64,000 nt of DNA from Xylographa opegraphella (taxonomy: Eukaryota): contig JALDZX010000023.1 in NCBI GenBank assembly GCA_022813865.1, positions 1-64,000 of the forward strand. The letters are read 5' to 3'. Under the pieces are notes generated by a model. It did not search any database. It was not told where the DNA came from and was given only the letters and a program-made list of their open reading frames with translations. Of the stretch, positions 1-16,135 are shown one piece after another. The translations under genes were made by a program, and so were the position numbers. Numbering within the stretch: the stretch's first letter is position 1; every line of letters begins with the position of its first letter.

Positions 1-59
1 CGTCCACCTAAAGCTTACGTTCTAGGCGTGCTTGTGTGGTGAGTTGATGAGCCGTAACA
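1..59. mobile_element. Probable terminus of an LTR (retrotransposon or solo LTR), truncated by the window edge
   Basis: Balanced-GC sequence ends in ...GAGCCGTAACA at 59 (reverse complement TGTTACGGCTC), matching the TGTTA...TAACA ends typical of fungal LTRs. Extreme AT-richness begins abruptly at 60. Only 59 bp are visible. Confidence 0.4.
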
Positions 60-1440
60 ATATTAATTTTTAAAATTTTGATTGAAAACTTTCGGCGTTA
101 TTATTGCGAGGTATTATTATATAACGCCCTCGGGTTATAATAAAGTTTAAAAGTTTTTCCTTCTTTTTTTAATAATTAATTTTGAAAAATATAATTATTG
201 CAAAATATTTCATATTATTATTAACATTAAAATTAAACTTTTTTGATTGATAAAAATTTCGATTTTTTACAGCTGTTATTAATTTCAATCAGCAAATTAA
301 TTCGATTTATAAAATATAATTTTTTATTACGTAAGTCGTAATTTTTGCATGATATTTTTTTCATTTTATACGTAGTTTTCTTACTGAAACCCTTATTTAA
401 TAATATTTTTACCTCGTTCATTTTATTAAAATTAACGTAAAAAACCTTATATAATGAAACTCGATTTCATAGATATTCATTATTTTTCATTTATACAAAA
501 GTTTCATATTGCTCGTGATATATTCTCGATTTAATAAATAAAAACGATAAAAACGATATATTTAGTTAATACGATTTTGTTAAATTTTTTATATACTAAA
601 TAAAATTGGAAAAATGATAAATAAAAATCACTGTTAATTAACAAAATTATTACGATAATTAAATTAATTTTAAAATACTAATTTTTTTGCTGTTTTTTTT
701 CCGTTTTTTTTTCCGTTTTTTTCCGTTTTTTTTTCCGTTTTTTATTTTTTTATTTTTTCTTATTTAATTTCTTTTTGCTTTGATCGTTATCGCACGATTC
801 TTTTATTTTATTTCTAATTTTTTTAAGTTTTGATACGACTTTAAAAACTTTTTTGCGAATAATTAATATAACGTTTTATTCTTTATTGTAACTTTTTTAA
901 AATTAATTATCGATTTTTAATTTTTTATTATTATTTTAATAATATACAATCGAATTATATCGTAATCGTAAATCATTAAAAATTTCGTAAAAATTTCGTA
1001 AAAATTTCGTAAAAATTTCGTAAAAATTTCGTAAAAATTTCGTAAAAAACAAGAAAATTATTATTGAAACTTTGCTATTTTATCGCTGTATATAAATACA
1101 TGAAAAAGAAAGTCTCAGAAATTAAAAACGCCAGAAAAACGCGTCTCAAACTCATTATAATATTATATTTTCACGAGTATATTTATAGTAATCATTTTAT
1201 ATAATAAAAATAAAATTTTTATTTCAGTTTCTATGTGGTTGTTAATGCAATAAAATAATAATTAAAAAAGTCAACTATATTTATAATTAATACGTAAATT
1301 AATAAAATATGAATTATTATTAAAAAATTATTAAGCAAAAGAGAAACAATTTATTTTACACTTAAACTTTATATATTATTAATTACGATATCAACTACAG
1401 TCTAATTCTATAACTTTAATTAAATTGAATATAATAAATC
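60..1440. mobile_element. AT-rich, RIP-like degenerate repeat/transposon relic
   Basis: Very AT-rich with abundant TpA. Much of the remaining C/G is in CpG (tacg, tcga, ttcg), as expected after CpA->TpA repeat-induced point mutation. No credible ORF; element family not identifiable. Confidence 0.65.
977..1042. repeat. Tandem repeat, 11-bp unit TAAAAATTTCG x6
   Basis: Six consecutive perfect copies, 977-1042, followed by a partial copy. Confidence 0.95.
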
Positions 1441-1441
1441 G

Positions 1442-2276
1442 GACTTCAACAACACAAGGACGCAGGTGAGAGAACTGTACAATTACAAATGCTGGCATTG
1501 TGGAGCCGGTCCCGCGGATGTCTGTCATGTCATTGGCAGCAGAGAAAACACCCTAAGTCACGTATGAGTTCAGCCGGGGCCGATCTGACTTCGTCGCAAG
1601 TTTCTCGATGCCCTTAGAGCTGGTCTGATCGACTCCCAAGAGAAGCAAACCCAACAGAACGCGATCGCACTCTGTGGTACTTGCCATATGAATTTCGACC
1701 ATGTCTACAATCTCACATTCTTCTTCTTACCAAGTGATCTGAGGTATTCATCAACTACAAGCGACAAGATCGGAAACGTCGTTGAAAACTGGGTTGTTGC
1801 ACGGGAACAATTCTGGGGTGGATATGTCCTACTGCACAAACATATTAAGATCACTAAAGACATTAGGGAGTTGAAGGGGCTGGCTTGCGGGGGCTCTATA
1901 CAAGGACTGTTATAAACGACTTCCTCCCTCAATATCCTGGACGCGCTACTTTTCAACCGGGTCCTAATGAGTATGCTGTAACAAAATCATGGATGGGTTC
2001 GCCGATGGCATCCTTGCAGCATGCTGTACTTATGCTACGGAGCTCAACCTCTATGGGATTCCTCGGGAAGTTCGAGATGATCTGCGACAATTACAAGATG
2101 CGTACAGTGAAGAATTGGACATGATAACTCAGATACGAGTAGCCAAGGGAGCATCGAGTTCGAGCCCAGAGAGCCGGAGGAAAATGATTTGGAGGAAGTG
2201 GAGGAAGGGACGGGGGGGAATCGTTGAATATAGAAGAGAGCCAGGAATCAAGTCACAACAAAGCGGGGTAGTGTAG
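1442..2276 (+). pseudogene. Fungal HNH-endonuclease-domain pseudogene
   Basis: Manual translation: TRTQVRELYNYKCWHCGAGPADVCHVIGSRENT / intron ending at 1600 / FLDALRAGLIDSQEKQTQQNAIALCGTCHMNFDHVYNLTFFFLPSDLRY, i.e. CxxC...H...NxxxLCxxCHxxFD. It has a 1-bp frameshift near 1748, in-frame stops at 1783, 1846, 1855 and 1864, and a probable second frameshift near 2040. No start codon found. Confidence 0.8.
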
Positions 2277-2896
2277 AGATCTGCGAGTGGGAATAGAGCG
2301 CAGGATGATGCAAAGCACATAGCAACAAAGACGAAGGACGCACAAGCAATTTGGAGGATAGAGAATACTCGGAGGCGAATCTGGAAGGGGTATTTTCATA
2401 TCCAAGGTGGTACCATCTCGATATCTACCGCACATTAAAGCCAAGCAATAATTTATCTCGATCTAGGCGTTGGGGACCTGGCGTTACGAGCGATGATGTA
2501 GTAGAGTTCTTTTAGTAGGTCGTGTAAGACCAATACACACGTTGAGTGTGAATTATTTAACTCGTCGAGAATGACCGTTAGCATATCACACATCGATATA
2601 GAAGAGTAGCAGACATCACAATGAATATGTTCACAAGTGTTTTGCGTATGTCATCAAGTTCATTCAGCGCATCTTGCAACCAATGAATGTACAAGTGCTA
2701 AGTCCTAATCCCCCTAAGCAAACCCCACAGTTAATAGCAACTGCACCCTGGACCCCAGAATACCCCAGCATGAATATTGACCAAGCAACCATCAATATCC
2801 TCCACGAATAGACCAGGAGACTATATCTACAGATCCAAACCGGAATCTATACGATCGTCAAGGATCAAGACGCGAATAGCCCGTGCCACAAACCAT

Positions 2897-3527
<631 letters not shown>

Positions 3528-4069
3528 TGCAGATGATTTTGACGATTGAGCTGATGGTTTTGAGATGTTTATGAGATGGATGGGAGTTGTGGTTGATGAA
3601 AGTGAACTGGTGTGGATGGTGTATGAATGGGAAGAGGTTGACGTAGAAGAACGGAGGGGGGATCAAATATGTTATCGAAGAACGGGTGTGATTCCAGGCA
3701 GGAGCCAGTTAAAACAGCGCTACGCTTTTGCTAAGCAATCCGTGTAAATGCGCGCTGGAAACTGGCACTTTTGGGGGTGTGTTTTGCTCGCCTGCCACCT
3801 AGGCTTGGGGGAGTGACCATCACCCAACTTTGCGCACTAGTGAGAAAATCTAGGTAACCTCGCACATCTCGCATCGCAATTCGCGCGAAGCCGCATCACA
3901 CACCACGCTATCGTCCACTACTAGTACTCCATGCCACCATTCTCTCCAAACTCCCATCCACGACTTAAACAAATTCGATCAATAATCCGTTGGTATCTAC
4001 CTCACCATCAATTGCCCTGTCTTGCACTCCATCTTCTAAAACCCACTTCATCTACTCAACCTCTTCAAC
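3528..4069. promoter_or_regulatory. Bidirectional H3-H4 promoter region
   Basis: 542 bp between head-to-head histone ATGs. Contains the palindrome TTCGCGCGAA (3880-3889), which resembles SCB/MCB cell-cycle boxes. Confidence 0.7.
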
Positions 4070-4542
<473 letters not shown>

Positions 4543-7135
4543 GCGCTTCATATTCTTCAGCACATTTACGACTTTACCTCGTGGCTTGCCACATATGGTT
4601 ACATAGGACAGACACTTCGCGATGTCATTGCTCGGGCGAGATGACTTATGGAGGGTGGTTTCTATGGCTATTGTTGGGGATCGGATGTTTTTGTATCAGA
4701 TCGTGGGGAGTCTTTGGGGGCCGGTATGGAAGCACAACCAAATTCAAATTCGTGACTCAGAACCAATTGGCCCGTGACACACGATGCTCATGAACCATGT
4801 TCGGTACAAGATGTAATCACCTGTGCATTTGCAACGGATTCGGATTTTGCATTCTGTTATGGCCAGCTGGGCGAATACGAGCAGAATCTTAAGATTGTGC
4901 CTCAAATATGAAGGTAGGCAGGCAATGAGGCTGGCCTGTTGCCTTGAGCTTAGGATCTCATCGGCGCTGTAGGGTTGTCGATACTTCGGGCTCGTGGGTG
5001 GAGTATGGACTTCCGATCAGAACCATGAAAGAGTTTTCTCGGAACAGTCAGAAAGCCCGACCCGTTCTCGCGCATGCTTTCATCGAATTCTTCCTCCCAC
5101 CCGGACGAGTTAAGAACCTCGGCGAGCCACCGTATTCTTTCTGCGACGTTCGGATTCCACGATGAAGATAATGCAGTGACCAGGGATTGGTGATCAATTC
5201 GTCAAGCTTTCAGAGCACTTCCGAAGAAATGTGGCTGGGCAAACAGAGATTTCGGTATCGAATGCGCGGCTCATAGGCGGGGCCCGACCGAGGTTCATCC
5301 CTGATCACGGTCGAGCGTTTTCCGAGCGTCATTGGTTCCTCAGCCACAGCCAAAAATTCGGGTCTCCGCAGATCCGGGGTCGCTCAAAGCGAAAACAAGC
5401 TGTGGCTTTACTCCAACACTGCATCGAACAGCTTGGCCGTGGCTTCCGCGCTTTTCACGAACAGCACATCCTTTTCATCGGCGTCTGCACGTGCTTTCTC
5501 TCATACCGCAAATAGTCATGTGCAACTAGGTGGACCAATTAGTCTGTCTTCGGGGCTTGCCGTATCGGCGTATCCTACCTCCCGCGTGATACGTGGAAAG
5601 CAACAGCAAGAAAAGGCTGTCGAAACACGTGCGCATCTCGCGCGAGCGGACCACGTTCGGTGGACAATGAAGGCCAAGGACACTGCATACATACCGTCGG
5701 GTTCGGGCAAAGCCCAGCTACGGGGCGAAACAATCGCCGAAGAAGAATACGCTTTACAGACGGGGAACCTGCGCGTCTGTGGAAGTGGAAAGAATGGTTT
5801 AATATATACCGAGGCTCAGCCAGCCAGGACCACGACGGCAGCCACTCCATGCGACGGTGCTATATGCTGCAACGTCTGGAAGCATGAAGGCTGACGACCG
5901 AGGACCCACCACGTACTGCTGCAATGCTTTTCTACGGAGTAGGCAGCTGCACACCCGTCCGGAATAGCCAGAACGCTGACGACTTTTCCCCTACGTGCAT
6001 TCGTCACAGGCAGCCGTGAGTCGTGCATTCAACAATGCCGACCTGTTGTGCGCTCGGGTAAGCGAGAAGAACCGCATCATCAGCTGAGCCACACTGCCAA
6101 TAACTCGATTGGAGTACTCCCTCCGGTCACGTACTGTGCAAGCGTTCGACTGTGCGGAAGCAGATCGTCCGTGGTTTCCTTTAGACAGCAAAGATGAGTC
6201 GTCAGTGTGCTATTTTAGGATCGGAAGATCGTCGGTGCGAAGATAGAGTCAGAGGGGAGGATTGTGGTCCAACGCAGCAAGATGGACGGCGGGTTTCGGG
6301 GGGGGAAGGGGATGCGTAGATTGGTTGAGCAGATTGGCGGTTGGGATGGGGACGATGGGACCTGTCAACGGCCATGTTTTAGGCATTTGCCGATCGGGGC
6401 TGGCACAGCCCCCCCGGGGGTCAGGACAGTTTAGCGGGTCGACCCTGCATCGCGATCGCATTACTCCACGGGAAGCCCCCGTTCTAGAATAATGCTCAAC
6501 ATGACATCACCCACCTTTGCTCGCGACGACGGACACGAAGACGAGAGAGCGGGCGAGAAAGCGGAGGACGACGAAAGGCCGGGAGAACAGATACAGATAA
6601 TAAACACGACCCATCGTCCCCGTTGCTGAAAGCTCACACAATCCTCACTCGCTCCCCACTCGGCCGACACAAGCACGCAAGGACCAATCGATCCGTCCTT
6701 TCGGGCCCGAGACCGACGCTCCGTATCGCTCGCTGGTCTTGCCCTCCCACTCCGTCCATACTTCGTACACAGTACCTCCGTACCCTATTCGTTAACTCCG
6801 CTGCTGTTAATATCCCTCGAGCCTCGGTCGGACTATCTATCATCCACCCTCGCTCGTCCTGCGTCCGGAGCATACCGATTCCGTTGAACTCTCGACAAGT
6901 CGAGACTCTTGCCAAACGCAAAGCACACCCCCACCGTCAGTTCCTGCATCCGACTCCCGCCCAGCGATTTCTCTACCATTTCATCTGTACTTATTAGTCA
7001 CCTGGTTCGCGCTCCTTCCTGCCCGCCTATAAAGTTGCGTGCGTCGCCACTCGCACCGGGGCCCGCCCTTCTATTTAGGCCTCTCGTTTTTCCGGCTGCT
7101 GGGTAAAATTACAATTTCAAAAATCCTCCCCCAGC

Positions 7136-9235
7136 ATGTTAGCTTATTATCCTCGACGTCAGCAAGCATCTCCATCATCATCTCTCACAACACTCGATCA
7201 ACTCTACCACGGCCTGCCATCTCCGCCACACACGCGATCTCTCCCTTTGTCGTCGTCCTCGCAAGTCGTATACGAAACGTCAATTGCGCTGGACACTTCA
7301 CATCCTTCCGGCATTGATTGCTACCACAATTACTCGCTCACGAGTCCGCACTACTTTATGCCGACAACTCCTTCACACAATCCACCGATTCGTGTCCACC
7401 AGTCGACATCGAGTCCCGGTGAGGCGCTTTTCTCGCCTTCGTTGCCGGCAGACGACGGCAACCAGCCGACTGCGTCTTGGCTTCAGTACGCTAACTACGG
7501 GCATTTGACCTCTGAACCAGGGCGGCAGTCCCACCACAAGAGACATTCCTCGGGTTCCTCGATCGCCTCGGTCGGCCCAGCATCACCATATACACCATCA
7601 ACCTCATATCCTCGCATACACGATTCCGAACTTACCTCTTATCCATCCCCGGCTTACGACACCTTTGACAACCATCACGGCGTGGGCTCCTCATACCCGA
7701 AACCCCTTCCATCGGCCCCTGTCCAGACCTTTTCGGAGTCTTTTCATCTATCCCAATACCAGGATTACTATTCTTCGCCCGCAGACAATGCGCAACTTCA
7801 TCTTGCGGCAATGAGACATGCAATCATGGCACAGCAGGAATCTGAGATGGGTGATGCAACGTCAGCCCCAAGAAGTGTCTACGCCGGAGGAGATTTCGAG
7901 GACGGGTTTAAGATACCGAGTACCAACATGCCGAAGCTTGACCGTACGATTTCAGACATATATCAAGACGAGCTCTATAACCCGATCATGGCGGCCACTC
8001 CCCCGATTACACAGTCTCACCCAACTTCCTCCCAAGGAAACCTACTCTCACCTCACCGCGATGTGTTTACGGAGCGGCTACAGGCCGCGAACAATAGTCA
8101 CATAGCCAGATCCGCTTCCCCGACAACGTCTATCTCGCGGGAGCGTTCGCCGTTCCGCCAGGGTTCCGAATATGCCGCAGAACAATACTCGCAGGCCAAC
8201 ACACCTGTGGCCAGGATTGGGTCTGCCGCGCGGATGAGGGAGCAGCGAAAGGCTGAGGCCGATGCTGATGCATACCAGCAGCATCAGCCCGCAAGTACCG
8301 CTCCAGAGTCTCCACGAACCATTTCTCCGAAAGAAGCAATGCTGGATTATACCGAAACGGAGGAGGACTCGAAGCTAGCTCTCTTTCCTCGGGAACGCAA
8401 CCGAGTCAGTGGGATCAACCAAGGTGTCCAATTTACCAATTTGAAGCCTGTCAAGCAGGAGTCGATACAAAGCGACACAGGCGAACTTTCCACGCAGCAA
8501 AGTTTCTTGAGTATGGCGACGACAAGGCGCGAGAGTTCTTCGAACTATTCATCCACATCCGGACTGGGTCAATCGAGACCAAAAACATCCAATACCTCCC
8601 CAAGTTCAATTCAAGTCCCTCAACAGTATCCCTTTATTTCGCAGGCACGGCGGCAAAACAGCAGCATGGGCAGTATGTCAGAGCAACCCGAGTTTCCTGC
8701 CAGCTTGACATCCATGGACAGCACCAGGAGCGAGGGTGCTCTCAAGAGCTCACAGGAGCAGAGCGAACCGTCGGCCGAGATTCAGCGGCCCTCGCGCACA
8801 ACCGCCGATTCTGGGACTTACACATGCACATACCATGGTTGTACGCAGCGCTTCGAGACACCTGCGAAGCTGCAAAAGCATAAACGGGATGGACATCGGC
8901 AGGCAACGCCCCAGAATGGAGCGCATTCGCCTAATAGTGGTAGTGGGAGTAGCGCCGCTGCACTGCTTGCCAGCCGTAATAGCCAGGCTGGTCCACATAA
9001 ATGCGAGCGCATCAACCCTTCGACCGGTAAGCCGTGTAACTCGATATTCTCCCGACCTTACGATCTCACGAGACACGAAGACACGATACATAACGCGCGG
9101 AAGCAGAAGGTTCGATGTCAGTTTTGTACAGAAGAGAAAACCTTTTCGAGGAATGACGCGCTCACCAGACACATGCGAGTTGTTCATCCCGAAGTAGATT
9201 TCCCAGGGAAAACCAAGCGGAAGGGAGTGAATTAG
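7136..9235 (+). CDS. RPN4: C2H2 zinc-finger transcription factor, Rpn4-like proteasome regulator
   Basis: 699-aa single ORF with a Ser/Pro-rich N-terminus. C-terminal fingers: YTCTYHGCTQRF..., HKCERINPSTGKPCNSIFSRPYDLTRHEDTIH and CQFCTEEKTFSRNDALTRHMRVVH. The FSRPYDLxRH/FSRxDALxRH pair is characteristic of Rpn4. Confidence 0.88.
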   Translation: MLAYYPRRQQASPSSSLTTLDQLYHGLPSPPHTRSLPLSSSSQVVYETSIALDTSHPSGIDCYHNYSLTSPHYFMPTTPSHNPPIRVHQSTSSPGEALFSPSLPADDGNQPTASWLQYANYGHLTSEPGRQSHHKRHSSGSSIASVGPASPYTPSTSYPRIHDSELTSYPSPAYDTFDNHHGVGSSYPKPLPSAPVQTFSESFHLSQYQDYYSSPADNAQLHLAAMRHAIMAQQESEMGDATSAPRSVYAGGDFEDGFKIPSTNMPKLDRTISDIYQDELYNPIMAATPPITQSHPTSSQGNLLSPHRDVFTERLQAANNSHIARSASPTTSISRERSPFRQGSEYAAEQYSQANTPVARIGSAARMREQRKAEADADAYQQHQPASTAPESPRTISPKEAMLDYTETEEDSKLALFPRERNRVSGINQGVQFTNLKPVKQESIQSDTGELSTQQSFLSMATTRRESSSNYSSTSGLGQSRPKTSNTSPSSIQVPQQYPFISQARRQNSSMGSMSEQPEFPASLTSMDSTRSEGALKSSQEQSEPSAEIQRPSRTTADSGTYTCTYHGCTQRFETPAKLQKHKRDGHRQATPQNGAHSPNSGSGSSAAALLASRNSQAGPHKCERINPSTGKPCNSIFSRPYDLTRHEDTIHNARKQKVRCQFCTEEKTFSRNDALTRHMRVVHPEVDFPGKTKRKGVN

Positions 9236-9862
9236 TACCTACATTGACTGTGGAACAGTTCGAATTTTTTGATGAGCGGGAGTTTTGCTCTGATCCCTAG
9301 CCATGGGTTTGTGACATACATTGTATCACCATCAAAATAATGTCGGAAATTTTCTCTATTCGGCGTCGCACACCCATCTGGATAATCGATGGGCAGACCT
9401 ACAATAATTAGCTGAAAGACTCGTCGCAAGGTGTTACCGCGACTGCATTGCTCGGGAGGGACAATGAGTTCACGAATGATGCTTCAATTTGTTTCATCCC
9501 ATGCCAATGCATGTGGCCATGTGTTTTTGTGCCCAGATCGTTGGGACTTGGCGGCACTAGATCGATCTTAAAAGAGGCATTGTAATAGACACTGCAGTAT
9601 GTAGATAGATAATCCGAACAATCAGGAAAATTGCAATAATGATAATCCTTATCGAAAGTTTATTTACAAGGCACAATCAAACGTTGCTCTCTGCAAGACT
9701 ATCGCCGCCATCGTATTGGTGTGCCATACATAGGTAGTCCGCATTGATTTGCGATTGCTGGGGTTACTTCGGAAATTCTATTTCTTCTATAAATTTCACA
9801 AGCCGTACGACCGTTCGCCCCTTCATTTTGTCTTCCAACCTGTTCGCCATGTACCAAGGATA

Positions 9863-14940
<5,078 letters not shown>

Positions 14941-15022
14941 TTAGCACGGAATATATGAGTCTGGATATAAAGGTTGTCATCTTGTGATGGGTCAATTTGC
15001 TTGCGATATCCTAAAAATAACG

Positions 15023-15029
15023 TGACTCA
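15023..15029. promoter_or_regulatory. Gcn4/CpcA/CPC-1 response element (TGACTCA) upstream of ARO1
   Basis: Perfect TGACTCA ~235 bp upstream of the ARO1 ATG, with a near-match TGAGTCT at 14956-14962. Amino-acid biosynthesis genes are established cross-pathway-control targets. Confidence 0.7.
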
Positions 15030-15280
15030 TCGAGACCCCATTGTAACCAGACTAAGCTGACACGGATTGGCATCATCGATAGAATAATTGAACGTCGTAA
15101 AATAATCGGATCGAGATTTTCAAAGTGTTATCAATATCGACAACGTAGATATTTTTCTTCTCTATATATTTATATGTTATTCATTGATAAAAATTTAAAT
15201 TGTAATATATTTGCGGTTTTTACTATTGTTTTTCATAATAATAAAAAAAAGAAATTTAATTTTTCGAAAAAAAACATGGA

Positions 15281-15366
15281 TGGTCACTGAGGGGGTCGAA
15301 CCCTCGACCTTGGCGTTTCATATAAGAATATTAGCACCACGCGCTAACCAACTGAGCCAAGCGACC
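15281..15366 (-). tRNA. tRNA-Ile (anticodon AAT) with 12-nt intron
   Basis: Minus strand GGTCGCTTGGCTCAGTTGGTTAGCGCG-TGGTG-CT-AAT-A-[TTCTTATATGAA]-A-CGCCA-AGGTCGAGGGTTCGACCCCCTCAGTGACCA. Acceptor stem, A box and TTCGA T-loop are present, the intron follows position 37, and a T-run terminator lies downstream. Confidence 0.95.
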
Positions 15367-16135
15367 GATATATTCGAGCATTCTTTAATGCTTGCTTCAT
15401 GGAGGATCAAAGGATCTTTAATAATATATATTGTTAATATATTCGTTCAGTTCCGAATACAAGATCAGAAGCGGATAAAATAACGAAGAATAATTGGTAT
15501 TGTTTTCAAAACGTGATTTCGCCACCACGCAATTTCCTTCCTGAAATTTTACCTTGTTGATTTTCTCGTATTATTGTAAATTAATACATAAAAAGCAGGT
15601 TTCACCTCCCAATTACGTGTTTCTTGAATTGTGAGGCGAGTACTCTGTAGCCACTTCTCGATCGATTAGCTTGCTTTCGAGCTGTAAGGGAGGCTATCAA
15701 GGCCTCCTAGCTCTGATACACTAAAGATCAGTACCAGTCCTGATTACCCCAAACTGGCACTGCGGGACCTTTACTATCGCACTGTAAAAATCATGAGCAT
15801 GCGCACATATCAGTATTGACCTCGCAATCACCGGCCCATCGACCCGCGAGGCAATTATTACCTATAATCAACATTTACGGTATGAATTTTATTCAAAATG
15901 TTGTGATACGGGAATAATATACGATTCTTGAGGGCTATAAATGGTGAAAACTTTCGAGACTTGATTGATTCACATTCGCTGAACGGCTAATAGACGCTGA
16001 GTGACTACCATGTGATTCGACGCAAAAAGAACTACGCAACTATAAAGATCAGCTGCAAGTGTAGTGCATATTTGTGCCACGTCAATATACGTTACGTGAG
16101 CCCATTGCTTAAGCCGCATCTACCCACCAAGCGAG

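Noticed and set aside
640..1185. Possible DDE-transposase coiled-coil tail and TIR-like TTTTCACGAGTATA in the AT block
   Set aside because: Too degenerate to translate reliably, and no partner TIR is visible.
4800..7100. Several 60-150 aa ORFs between H4 and RPN4
   Set aside because: Mostly non-ATG starts, no recognisable motifs or splice structure. More likely RPN4 upstream regulatory DNA.
15517..15526. GGTGGCGAAA (Rpn4/PACE-like) on the minus strand
   Set aside because: Single copy beyond the tRNA, with no proteasome-type gene downstream.
15680..15712. Small hairpin GGAGGC-N7-GCCTCC
   Set aside because: Short enough to arise by chance; no other ncRNA hallmarks.
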